Shown here: one piece after another, positions 12,943 through 23,871 of the stretch | Layout: each line of letters starts with the position of its first letter | Position numbering within the stretch: the stretch's first letter is position 1 | Source of the DNA: Phaeosaccion multiseriatum | Taxonomy: Eukaryota; Protista; Ochrophyta, other classes | Length of the DNA stretch: 64,000 nucleotides | Direction of reading: 5' to 3' | Assembly: GCA_965112735.1 (NCBI GenBank) | Contig: OZ218962.1 | Span: forward strand, 2,790,001 to 2,854,000 | Translations under genes and position numbers: made by a program | Notes under the pieces: generated by a model | Database searches by the model: none | The model's input: only the letters and a program-made list of their open reading frames with translations | Told to the model about the DNA's origin: nothing

Positions 12943-13408
12943 GGAGTTCAGGCAATACACTGATGTGGCCGGCGCTTTTGTATGTATGTATGTGCGTGTA
13001 TATGTATTGATTTAATTTAAACCTTTTCTATCTTTGTAAACCAGTAAACCACTTCACTCTCTTTAGCACCCCCGTGGATGCTTGCACGCCCTTGGGCCCA
13101 CTCCTTGGGCCCACTCCAAGCTACTCCGGAGGCATCCCTTTCTTCGAAGAAATTAATCTCCTTTCAGCGTTATTTCTCCTCTTGACTCTTGACCTCCCGT
13201 ACCCCCTCCACCTCCTCTTCCTCCTCCCCCTCCCCCTCCCGCTCGCGTCGTCGTCGTCGTCCTACTCCTCCTCCCCTTTATCCTCCTCGTCCTCCTCTTC
13301 CGCATCCTCCTCCTTCTCCCCCTCCTCCTCCTCCTCCTCCTCCTCCTCCTCCTCCTCCTCCTCCTCCTCCAATGGTTTATCTGCTCAATCCACTGCCATC
13401 GCCCAAGT

Positions 13409-15814
13409 CTACACGCGCAGCACCACCGACCCTTCGTCCTCGTGTACCGCAGCGCTCAGCCCGAGCTCGTCGTTCAGATAGCCCAACAACACAGGCTTAA
13501 GCACGCTGATGCCGTCCACGCTGCGCCGGCCTCTACCCGTGATGACCTGTATCTCTCCCGTGGCCTTCTCCACTGTGAGCGCGTGGCGGAGGGCAGCTTT
13601 GCTAGTACCTTCAGTGAAGCCGTGCAAGTCCATCACCTTGCCCTCTTTGCCCTTGACCCAGTGCGACAAGACGCCCTTGGACACCGCCTCTGCGTACAGG
13701 TCATCTATAGAGGCCAGTTCGTTGCAGAGGAAGAGTAAGTCGATGACTGTGGAGAAGGTCACCACGTCTGGCTCAAGACCTTGCTCTTGCATCTTGCTGA
13801 ACACGGCCAAGGCTTTCTTGTGCTGTCCAACCTTTCCACATGCAAAAATCGCCGCGTTGCTGCTTCGCACATCCATCCTCACTCCTTCCCTCTCCATTAA
13901 CTCCCATACCTCTATCGCCTTCTCATAGTGCCCTGCCTTTCCGTATGCACTCATCATAGAGGTGTACGCTACAACATCGGGCTTGACACCATCTTCCCGC
14001 ATCTTGGCGAGGAGCTCAATGCTCTTATCAAGCTCCCCGGCCTGCCCACACGCCGAAATCAAGGTGCTGTAGCTGATCAAATCAGGCGCACAGCCTCCCT
14101 GCCGCATCTCCTGCAGCAGAAGCAACGCCTTTTCAGTCTCTCCAGCGTTGCCACAAGCAGTAATCAGCGTGTTGAAAACAACCACATTGGGGACCAGACC
14201 CTCGACCCTCATCTCCTTCAAGAGCCCCAGGGCTTCCCCACACTCGCCCGCCCTTCCACAGGCAGATATTGTGGCAGCGTAACTGTGCACATTGGGCTCC
14301 AGCCCTTGCGCCTTCATCTCCCTCAGCAGCTTGAGGGCCTCCACACTGTTCCCGGCGTTGGCGCATGCCGTGATGGTTGCAGAGTAGCAAATCACATTGG
14401 GCTCCAGGCCCTCCGTCCTCATCTCCCGAAGCAAACTGAGCGCCTTGACATCCTCCCCGGCCTTGCCACAGGCGAAGATGGCGGTGCTGAAGGTAATGAT
14501 GTTCGGACGGAGGCCTGCATCCCGCATCTCTTGAAGCACCTCCAGTGCCATCTCGTGCTGTCCGCCCTTGCCAAAAGCAGTGCACATGGCGTTGTACGTG
14601 ATCAAGTCGGGTTCGAACCCGCCTTCTCGCATCTCCCGCAACACACCGCGGGCCTTTTCGTGCTTGCCTGCGTTGCCACACGCAGTGATGGCCGAGTTGT
14701 AGGTGATGATATCGGGGCTCACGCCCTCACTCCGCATGCCCGCCAGCACACCGAGCGCCTTCTCGTACTGCCCTGCGTTTCCGCATGCCTTGATGACTGC
14801 ATTGCAGCTAATCACATCAGGCTGTATACCCTCCTCTCTCATTTCCCTCAGCATATCCAAGGCCTTTTCGTGTTGCCCGGCCTTGCCACAGGCAGTAATG
14901 AGCGAGTTCCACGTGACGACGGTGGGAGTGAGGCCTTCTTCTCTCATCTCCTCCAACAAAGACAGGGCCCTCTCGAACTGCCCGCCCTTGCCATGGGCAG
15001 TGATGAGCGCGCTGTAGCAGTACGCGTTTGGTTGCAGTCCCTCTTCCCTCATCTCCTCCAGCAAGCCCAATGCCTTGTCGAGCTGCCCTGCATTGCCACA
15101 CGCACAAATCACACAACAGTAGCTTACCACATCAGGATGCAGTCCCTCTCTCCTCATCTCCTCCAGCAACTCTAACGCCTTCTCGAACTTCCCTGCGTTG
15201 CCGCAGGCCGTAATCGCAGAGCTGTAAGTGATGACGTCTGGGCGAGTGCCGTTGTCCTTCATCTCATTGAGCAAGGCGAGCGCGCCCTTCCACCGCCTCG
15301 ACTTGCCGACTGCCGTTATAGCACTGTTGTACACGTAGCGGTTGAGTCCCAGTCCCGATTCTTTGGCCACCACCAGAGCCTTTGCTACTCCCTGCCAGTT
15401 CCGCTCATTTCCCAGTGCCTGAATCTCTCGCATGAGACCGATCTGTTTGGCCGTCTCCCGCCTCTCCCTTCCCCACTGTCCTTCGGCATCCTCCTTGTCC
15501 TCTTTCGCTTCCTCCCCTTCCTTCTCCCCCGACGATGCTGCTGCTCCTGCTGCTCCTGCTCCTGCTGCTGTTGCCGTCGTCGCTGCGACTGCTATTGCTG
15601 ACCCACCCCCAGTCATTGATAAGCCCGCCCTCCTCGCCCCTCTGGCGAGGATGGTGGTGTGGCTCCACGAAAGTCGGGGAGGATGGGAAGGGGCGCTCTT
15701 GGGAGTAGCAGGAGTAGCGGCACTAGTAGAGCCGCAGCTCCTCCAGAAGCAAGGTCCGTCATGCCCTCTGCCAGCACTAGTGGGCAATCCTCCGGGCACA
15801 AATGCCACCACCAT
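13409..15814 (-). CDS. P-class PPR protein with C-terminal SMR domain, intronless, probably organelle-targeted (start codon uncertain; ORF is open to 15943)
   Basis: At least 15 tandem 35-aa PPR motifs (e.g. DVITYSSAITACGNAGKFEKALELLEEMRREGLHP), followed by SMR motifs MDLHG and ITGRGRRS. Confidence 0.95.
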   Translation of the reverse strand: MVVAFVPGGLPTSAGRGHDGPCFWRSCGSTSAATPATPKSAPSHPPRLSWSHTTILARGARRAGLSMTGGGSAIAVAATTATAAGAGAAGAAASSGEKEGEEAKEDKEDAEGQWGRERRETAKQIGLMREIQALGNERNWQGVAKALVVAKESGLGLNRYVYNSAITAVGKSRRWKGALALLNEMKDNGTRPDVITYSSAITACGNAGKFEKALELLEEMRREGLHPDVVSYCCVICACGNAGQLDKALGLLEEMREEGLQPNAYCYSALITAHGKGGQFERALSLLEEMREEGLTPTVVTWNSLITACGKAGQHEKALDMLREMREEGIQPDVISCNAVIKACGNAGQYEKALGVLAGMRSEGVSPDIITYNSAITACGNAGKHEKARGVLREMREGGFEPDLITYNAMCTAFGKGGQHEMALEVLQEMRDAGLRPNIITFSTAIFACGKAGEDVKALSLLREMRTEGLEPNVICYSATITACANAGNSVEALKLLREMKAQGLEPNVHSYAATISACGRAGECGEALGLLKEMRVEGLVPNVVVFNTLITACGNAGETEKALLLLQEMRQGGCAPDLISYSTLISACGQAGELDKSIELLAKMREDGVKPDVVAYTSMMSAYGKAGHYEKAIEVWELMEREGVRMDVRSSNAAIFACGKVGQHKKALAVFSKMQEQGLEPDVVTFSTVIDLLFLCNELASIDDLYAEAVSKGVLSHWVKGKEGKVMDLHGFTEGTSKAALRHALTVEKATGEIQVITGRGRRSVDGISVLKPVLLGYLNDELGLSAAVHEDEGSVVLRV

Positions 15815-16169
15815 TAGCGCACCGCCCGTGTGTTTACTGTCCCACCAGTGCCTTCTTCCTCTTGCCCCGGCAGAGCACGAACCCCTCCTTCCCTCCGCTC
15901 TACTCTCGGCTTGTGAAGGGCAGACCCGTCCTTTTCTCCTCAATTTTTCTCCATTGCCCTCTCGGAGCTCGCACTTCGGACGGTGAACGCAGATCCTCGA
16001 GATACCAAGAGCACGTAGAACAAAGGGAGGGCGATTTCACGTCCTCTATTAATATTGATTAGGAGAAAGGGCGGCTAAACATGATGAGGTGGTCATGTGC
16101 GGGGGGCAATTGCTTACGACAGGGCCCTCACCCTCCCGACCATTTTTTTCACATCCCTCTATATATATT

Positions 16170-17106
16170 ATGGAAGGGGGAGGCAGAGAGCAGCCACAGC
16201 AGCAGCAGCAGCAGCTGCCAAAAAAAGAGACGGACAGCACTGAGTCGGAGCTGATACGCGGCAAGTGCCCTTAACTTGGAGAAGCTTTGGCGAGGCGCGC
16301 AGCGGGCCGTGTGCCCTTTCTCCCACCTTCCCCTTGGACAGAGCGCTCTGCGGGTGGCTTGGCCTCACAGGAATGAGGGAGGCTCCAGCAGTAGGAGTCC
16401 CTGTCCCTGGTGGGCGTGCTAGTGTTGCAGCTGACGCAGCAGAAGGAGTCCCACTCACCGAGGAGATGGTGTTGGAGATATCGCTTCCTCGCAAGGGCTC
16501 GGGCACGACAGCAGCAGGAGCAGGAGCAGCTGGAGCGCCTTCCCTGCGAGATGTGACCAAGCTCAACCTCTTCGGAATGGGGCTCACAGACGTGTCCATT
16601 TGCAGGTGTGTGTCCATGTAAAAACGCCGGACTTGACTTACAATTCTCATCTCTCCCCTCTCTCTCCCTCGTTTTCGCTGACACGCACACACATACATAT
16701 ACCCCCCTCAGTCTCTATTTCCTCTCCTCTACTCAGCTGTTACCATTGTAGCCTCATGTCTTCCACCCTTCCCTCGAACGAAACGCTGTGTGCGTGTGCT
16801 GTCTCTTGGCATGGATGCATGCCTGCTACTTACCGTGTCCTTACCCCTCAATACCATCCACATATACATCCGTACGAGGACCCCCCCCGGCCTCCTCCTT
16901 GTTCTCCTCCTCCTCCTCCTCCTCCTGCCCCCCCCCCCCCTCCTCCTCCCCCTCCTCTCCATCATCCACTCCTCTGATTTCACCCTCCCCGCCCCCCTCC
17001 CTCCTTCTCCTGCCCCCGCCACCCCCCACCCCCCCCACGCCCTGTCTCTTTTTCTGTCCCCTCCCCTTCGTTTCCGACTTGCGATACACGAACATACGTT
17101 CCTTCA

Positions 17107-17173
<67 letters not shown>

Positions 17174-18476
17174 ACACACACACACACATACACACCCCAG
17201 TCGTATGTCCCGTCTCGAGGTTCTGTCCCTGAGCGTGAACGAGGTGTCGTCTCTCAGCGCCTTTGCAGCGTGCGCCTCTCTGAAGGAGCTGTACATGCGC
17301 AACAATCGCATCGAGGATGTCGCGCAGGTGACCTTCCTGCAGGTGTGTGATCAGGAAGCAAGAGTGAGACAGCTCAGGCAGGTACCTCATTAGGAGAGGA
17401 CTGGGTAGTGTATGAACTAGAGCCGCATACCAAGCTAAGCGCCGCGCCTTGTTGCCCTTCCTTGGTGCCCACAGGGGTTGAAGGAGCTTAGCATCCTGTG
17501 GCTTGGCAACAATGGGTGCACCCAGGACCCAATCTACAAACTCTTTGTGCTCCGCTCATGCGGCGCCTTAAAGAAGCTGGACAATAAGGAAATCTTCGCA
17601 GAGGTTCGTGGCGGTCCTGCAGAGGTCACGCACCCAAAGCAGTCAAGCATAGCAGTCAAGCATAAGCGTATTCGTGGCAGTCAATCAAACACACAAGAAG
17701 GGTCCTCGGAGCAGTCAGGCGCAGTAGTCAAGCATGGGCGGCCTTGCCCTACCCCAGAGGGTCGGGCCCTTATTCCACCATGCATGTTGGTACTCTGTGT
17801 TCTGTACCTGCTCAGCAAGGCAAGGGTGTGCTTCCCCTCCATGAGTCGCTTAGCTCACCGCTTGGGTGCCGTGCTCTCCTCTCCTGCTGACACGGCAGGC
17901 ACCGACCCTCCCTGACTCTCCTCCTGGACTCTTACGGACTCTGCGCTGCTTGCGATTTCCCGCCCCTTGCTGTGCCCCCTTCCCACTCTTGCTCTCTCTT
18001 CTCTCTCCCTGGTGAATACCCATATGCGGTCTGATTGGTGGTGGGCGGAGCAGGAGGTGGCCCAAGCCGCTCAGGACGAGTCACTCGAGATGCACAAGTG
18101 TATAGAGCGGGGCAAAGCGCTTCAGGCCCAGCATGAGCAGCAGGGCCAGCAGCATGGTGTGGATCAAGGGCAGTTACAGAAACAAGAAGAAGAGGAAGAG
18201 GAAGAGGAGGGAGATGCGAGGGGTGAGGGGCGGCGAGAACGGGGCACTGGCACTGGCCGACAGGAGGGGGTAGGGACTGATGACAATGCAGAAGGGAATG
18301 AAGGAGGCGAGTCGCTGCCTTCCCACCCGCCTCCACCGCCCCCACCGCCTCCTCCTCCTCTGACGACGGATACAGAGCGACTGCGGCGGGGCAACTCGCG
18401 GCAGCAACAGCAGCAACAGCAACAGCAACAACAGCAACAGCAACAACAACAGCAACAACAGCAACAACAACAACAA

Positions 18477-18538
<62 letters not shown>

Positions 18539-19076
18539 GGAGGAGGAGGAGGAGGAGGAGGAGGAGGAGGAGGAGGAGCGCTTAGGCCAAAGGTTGACGA
18601 GCGAGACGGAGGTAGGGTCTCTACAGGAAGGGGGGGTCGCTTCCCTGGGCAGTGGAGAGGGTGAGGGGGCAGCTCAAGGAAGAGATCGAATAGAGAGGAC
18701 GTCCTGCAAAGGAGGAGGAAAGACACAGCGAGATGAGGGCAAACCACCCTCGTCAGCAAGTGCAGAGGAAGCAGAAGGGATGGGGGCAGCTGAAGGATCA
18801 GGCAAAGATGAAGGGGGAAGATGGAGCTTGGGGGGGGAAGCGACCACTGTCGTCTCTCCACCCGGAGACAGCAGCAGCAGCAGCAGCAGCAGCAGAGGCA
18901 ATCCGGTGGTCAGCTCGAACTCCCTTCCCCTTGATCCAAGCGCGGGTAGCGATGCCAACGTCAGGGACGCGGTGCTGAGCCTGCTCAACGAGCTCAGCGC
19001 AGCCTCGTTGGAGCAGGTGGGTGAGAGGTGCGAGCGCCTTCTGCTCGGAAAGCAAAGCGCCAAGACGCACCCGTAA
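16170..19076 (+). CDS. CFAP410: Cilia/flagella LRR protein CFAP410 (C21orf2) with polyQ/polyE linker (exons approx. 16170-16260, 16371-16605, 17201-17342, 17475-17603, 18055-19076)
   Basis: LTEEMVL..VTKLNLFGMGLTDVSIC, LEVLSLSVNEVSSL..LKELYMRNNRI, LWLGNN and the LRRcap YKLFVLRSCGALKKLDN are present. The conserved C-terminal helix reads NVRDAVLSLLNELSAASLEQV. Confidence 0.88.
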
Positions 19077-19707
19077 AAAGGTCTCTAGAGGAGAGAGGAG
19101 AGGTGAGGGCCCGGGGGGGAGGGGAGGAATTCGCTCACGGACAGGTCCTTCGAGGCAAGGGTTGGGCGTTGTTTTCACGCTCGACCCCCCAGGCACTCAC
19201 GCAGCACAGCACCCCTGACACTCTCGAGACCAACCGCGACGCTGCTGATGCTCGGTTGGGTGGAGCGTGGGGAGAAAAACAGTCGTTATTCTCCCAATGG
19301 GTTGAGCTATGCCGACTGTAAATAGACGGAACAAAGGTCATATTATATATATATAATATTGTATATATATATATATATATTATATATATACCGTGTTTTG
19401 GGTCATGATGACTGATGTTACCATTGGGTGTGGCGTAGTCCTCCCCCTTTCTTTCTGGCGCACACCGAGACGGAGAGCGATGGCCACGCCCTCCTCCTCC
19501 GTTACTATTTTCTCTGCTGATTCCCACATTGCTCATTGCTCGTCGCCCAATGCCATCATTGACCACCTCCTTCTTCTCCCCCACCCCCTCCCTCTCTCGC
19601 TCCCTCTGGACCCGATTGTCACTGCTAAACCGCGGCTTTATCAACGCAAAAACAACACAGCCCCCAAACTATGCAACACGTACTTACACCAGTAAAGGGC
19701 AATGGTT

Positions 19708-21396
19708 CTAATATAGCCCCCCGCCGTAGCTCGACTCGTCCATCATACCTACATCCCCCGCTCCCCCACCCTCCTCCTCCGCCTCCTCCTCCATCCCCGA
19801 TCCCTCCACTTGGCAACCCTCCCCGCCCCCCCCCCCCACACTGGAGCCCGCCTCCTCTCCCTCCACAGCCTGCGGCCCTTGGCCCATCCCATGTGTCTGC
19901 CAATGGATGCCTTGACAGCACTGCTCGCTGGAGCTCTCTCCATTGCTCTGCTGCCCCTGCTGCTGTATCGCGGAAGCAACATTCAGTACCCGCGGAGAAG
20001 CCTCCAGGGCCAGACACCTCTTGGTCGGAAAGTCGGCGGATTCCGTTGAGCGTTCTCCAGAAAAGAGCGCGCTACCATCACCATCATACACATCTGTATC
20101 TGCACCTGCATCTGTATCTGTACATCTCCCTCCCGCGGAAGGAGCGCAGGGGCCTCCGACAGGCAATCCCGGCACCCAGTAAGACTCCGCGTTACTTGAG
20201 CAGCCTGCCCCCTGCTGCTCCTCCTCCTGCTGCTGCTGCTGCCGGGGGGGGTCCGAGTCGTCCTCAGACATTGCTCCACCTCGTTGGCCTTCGCGTCCGC
20301 TCTGCTCCTCTCCCTGTCCCTGGCCGTGATGCTGCTGTTCCTGCTGCCGCCGCTCGTCTCCTCGCTGAGGCAGTGACATTGCTGCTGCCCTTCCAGTGGC
20401 ACCGTCGCTTCTCACCCCCCGACTGCTCACACTCATGCTGAGGTCGCCACAGCTGTTACTTCGAGTCGGCCGGCCATCGCCTGCCGCAGCCCCCGCAGCT
20501 GAAGCAGTAGCGTCCCCAGTACCGCTGGTACCTGCACCCACTGCGGATCCGGCCACGCCTGCGCCACTATTGGGTCGATCTCGCTTTCTCCTGCTGCCAG
20601 TCCCGACGAAAACGCCCTTGCTCCCTCGACCGCTGGAGCTGACGCTGCTGCTCCGGCTACTCCCCACAGTCGCCGCGTCTGAGTCGATGTCCGCGGATGA
20701 GAAGACAAGTCCGGCCACCGTCAGCAACGAACGGCCTCTGGAATTGCGGTGGTCCAACGAGCTGCGTGTCAGGGGCGCCGATCCCTCGCCTTTTGACAAA
20801 GACACAGCCCCCATCTCCTCCTGTTGCTGCTGCAGCTGCTGCGGCTGCTGCTGTCCCACTGCAGGGACCGCATGCGAAACAGTAGCAGCAGCAGTCGGGG
20901 TGTTGGGCATGCCACTCGAGGGCCCCATACTGCTGGGAAGAGAGGATAATGGTGACGACGATGATGGGGAGAGCACGAAAGACGGAGCCACCAGCGCAAA
21001 TGGCGGGGCTAAAGCCGATGCTGATGGATCAGATATAAGCACCGCCCCCCCTGCAGAGCCCTCTTCCTTCCAACCACCACCTCGCCCCCCTTCCCCCTCT
21101 TCTTCGCCGTGCGCCCCTCCTTCTCGGGCTGAAGCGCTGGCCTCTGTGTCTTTCTTGGCATAGTGGCGCCTCCCCGGCACAGGTTGCCTTGCCGACTTCC
21201 CCGCATTGAGATGGGCCATGCCGCATTCGTCCTCTCCATCCTCCATTCGGGACTCCGCCTCTCCCTCCCCCCGCCCTCCTCCTCCTCCTCCTCCTCCTCC
21301 TCCCCCTCCTCCTCCTCCTCCTCCTCCTCCTCCTCCTCCTCCTGTTCCTCCTCCCTGCTGCGCGTCCGCCGAAGCATTTATTTCATCCCTATCCAT
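19708..21396 (-). CDS. Hypothetical intrinsically disordered G/S/A-rich protein (~560 aa)
   Basis: Long uninterrupted ORF with ATG at 21396 and a sense-strand GGA/CAG bias like neighbouring exons. No recognisable domain. Confidence 0.5.
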   Translation of the reverse strand: MDRDEINASADAQQGGGTGGGGGGGGGGGGGGGGGGGGGGGRGEGEAESRMEDGEDECGMAHLNAGKSARQPVPGRRHYAKKDTEASASAREGGAHGEEEGEGGRGGGWKEEGSAGGAVLISDPSASALAPPFALVAPSFVLSPSSSSPLSSLPSSMGPSSGMPNTPTAAATVSHAVPAVGQQQPQQLQQQQEEMGAVSLSKGEGSAPLTRSSLDHRNSRGRSLLTVAGLVFSSADIDSDAATVGSSRSSSVSSSGRGSKGVFVGTGSRRKRDRPNSGAGVAGSAVGAGTSGTGDATASAAGAAAGDGRPTRSNSCGDLSMSVSSRGVRSDGATGRAAAMSLPQRGDERRQQEQQHHGQGQGEEQSGREGQRGGAMSEDDSDPPRQQQQQEEEQQGAGCSSNAESYWVPGLPVGGPCAPSAGGRCTDTDAGADTDVYDGDGSALFSGERSTESADFPTKRCLALEASPRVLNVASAIQQQGQQSNGESSSEQCCQGIHWQTHGMGQGPQAVEGEEAGSSVGGGGGEGCQVEGSGMEEEAEEEGGGAGDVGMMDESSYGGGLY

Positions 21397-22007
21397 ACCG
21401 ATAGTGTACGTCCCTGCAGGTTCACGAAGAAGATGATACACATGCGTTAGAAGGGCGTGGGGTCGAGAACAAATCCCCTTTCCATTTCGCCTCAAGTCAG
21501 ACTCTGGTCGTTAGGGGTATTACATGACTTGCTGCTGTGGCCCACACTCACATGGCCGCAGTTCGCCCACTTGAGGACACGAGAGATGAAGCTGCCATAG
21601 ACGCTCACTGATGAAGCGCTTGTCGGAGCGGGAGTCCTTTGGGTGTGGAGGTGGGCCACGGACAGGGAGAGGGGGAAAGAAAAAGAAAAGAAAGCGAAAG
21701 CCACGTCACAAAAGGAGCCCAGCAATGTGCATAGCCAAGCCAAGAACAAGTGAGGAAGCCCACCCCACGTACCTGCACACTGGGCAGCAGCCTCTTCGTC
21801 ATCGCTGCTTCAACCCAACTCCCTTACACATGTCTCCTCGTCCGGGGCCATGAATTGAAATGAGCAATTCCTTGCTGTGACTTTATATCGAATGAGGTGG
21901 AGATGGCAACCAAAAAAAAAAAAAAAAAAAAAAACACACACAACCATAGCAGACCGTTTAACAAGTTCACTGCCCCCTTCTTTTTGAACACATTGCCACT
22001 TGCCACC

Positions 22008-23572
22008 ATGCCTTCTCAAGTCCTCCGACTAGTCCTCTCTGCCGTGATGGTGCTCTCAGCGAGCGCCTTTGCGTTTGTGGGGCACACCGCCTCCCCCCTC
22101 GTCAGCAGGAGCAGCAGCAGCCGCAGCAGCGGCAACCGGTTGAGCATGCTTGCGGTGAGTCCCTTGCGAGGTGCTGTAGCCAAGAGTGCCAAGGTCCACT
22201 CCACCTCCTTTCACACGGGCTGCGTAGCGATGATCCCTCTGTTCCCTCGACGGTCATGTTCTTTTGATCTCACCACTTTGCTTGCCCGCCCGTGTACCTC
22301 CTGGTGTTCCCCGCCGCGCTGACTGACCGCTTCCATGGGAAAGGTGGGCGAGGAGGCCCCTGACTTCACCCTCCAGGACTCCAAAGGCAAGCCCTTCAAG
22401 CTGTCCTCCCTCAAGGGCAAGAACAAGGTCATCTTCTTCTACCCTAAGGACGACACGGTGAGTTCCTCCTCAAGGCGGGCTGACTTGGCCCCACACTCCA
22501 CCCTCTCACTCCCTGGTTCGATTTCTCCGTGGCCCGTCCCTCACTGAACTTCTTACCTATCCCCTGGCCTCTCCCCCCCTTGTTGTTCTCCAATGTGGAT
22601 CCCCGTTTCTCCACTCCCCTTGGCATTCCGTCCATTCCTTTTCATTCTTCCCCACACGCAGCCCGGCTGCACCATCGAGTGCGTGACGTTCAACGACAAC
22701 CTCGCGGACTTCAAGAAGGCCGGGGTAGAGGTTGTGGGCATCTCCTCCGATGAGGACCACACCGCCTTCGTGGAGAGGTGAGTGAGGAGCAAGCAGCATG
22801 AACAAGGCAAATAGTGCAGTTGTGCAGAGCAGTACAAGTCGGGTATTCTGCCTTTCAGTAGATCTCTCATATGTGTGTGTGCGTGTTGGTGTTGTGGCGC
22901 GAAGGCAGCAGCTGCGCCCTGACTGACTCCTCCTCCCTCTCTGTCTTCCTCTCGCTGCCTTCCCCTCGCTGCCTGTCCACCGCTCATTTTTTCTTCGCGC
23001 GTTGGTTCTCCACTACTCTGTTGCGACGCCGCCAATAGCCAAAAGCTCGAGGGCCTCAGGCTGCTCAGTGATGTGGGCGGAAAGGTTCGCAAGCAGTACG
23101 CCGTGCCCAAGGTATGATGGAAAGGCCGATTTAATTTCAGTTTCAGATCCTCCGCCCCCCTAAGCTTCATGCCTGCAGCAGGAGGGATAAGAGTGAAGAC
23201 GGGCTGGAGGCCGAAGGAGGAGGGGTGTTGCAGGGAGTGGGTTTTGGCAGGAAGAAGAGCTGAGTTGAAGTCTACTCGTCGTCCTCAGGCTTCTACACCC
23301 TTCCGTTAGTGTAATATGTAGAATGTAGAACCTCGTATAGAACCTTCGCCCTCCCCTCCCCCCCTCTCATCCCTCCACCCCATTCTCCCCCTCCTTCCTC
23401 CTTCCTCCCCCTTCCCTCACTTCTCCCTCCTTCTCAGGCCCTGTTTGGCTTCCTGGACGGAAGGGTGAGCTATTTCGTCGGGAAGGACGGCATCGTCAAC
23501 GGCATTTACGACAACATCGGTGACGCCAAGGGACACGTCACTAAGGCGAAGGAGGCCTTCAACGTCAAATAG
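22008..23572 (+). CDS. PRXQ: Plastid-targeted peroxiredoxin Q/BCP (exons 22008-22155, 22344-22457, 22662-22777, 23039-23111, 23438-23572)
   Basis: Signal peptide ending ASAF plus a Ser/Arg-rich transit peptide. Mature motifs are VGEEAPDFTL, FFYPKDDT|PGCT, VVGISSD, LLSDVGGKVRKQY and GRVSY. Confidence 0.92.
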
Positions 23573-23871
23573 ACTATAGGCCGGCCGGAGGGTCTGGGGG
23601 GGGGGCGTTGGGGGGGCAGCAGCTACTCACTGATTGGCGGTCAGTCCCTACGCTTGTTAACTTCACAAAGCACCTGATGGGGTTTGTTGCAGGAGCTCAA
23701 GTTTTTGTAAGTCGTTTATAGAGACAGAGAGACACACACGCATTTGTAGATAGACAAGAGACACACGACGATATGTCACCTCTTCGTTCCTCTTGATTTC
23801 GAGGAGAGTTGGGGAGTTACGCGATAACTATTTACATTTTTTTATATATATTTACAACCTCCTACTCCCCT

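Noticed and set aside
11336-12960. Long overlapping or antisense ORFs on DUF2828 (also on its copy and on PPR, RAD7 31189-34134 and TopBP1)
   Set aside because: These are shadow ORFs caused by high GC3 and stop-poor repeats, with no domain signatures.
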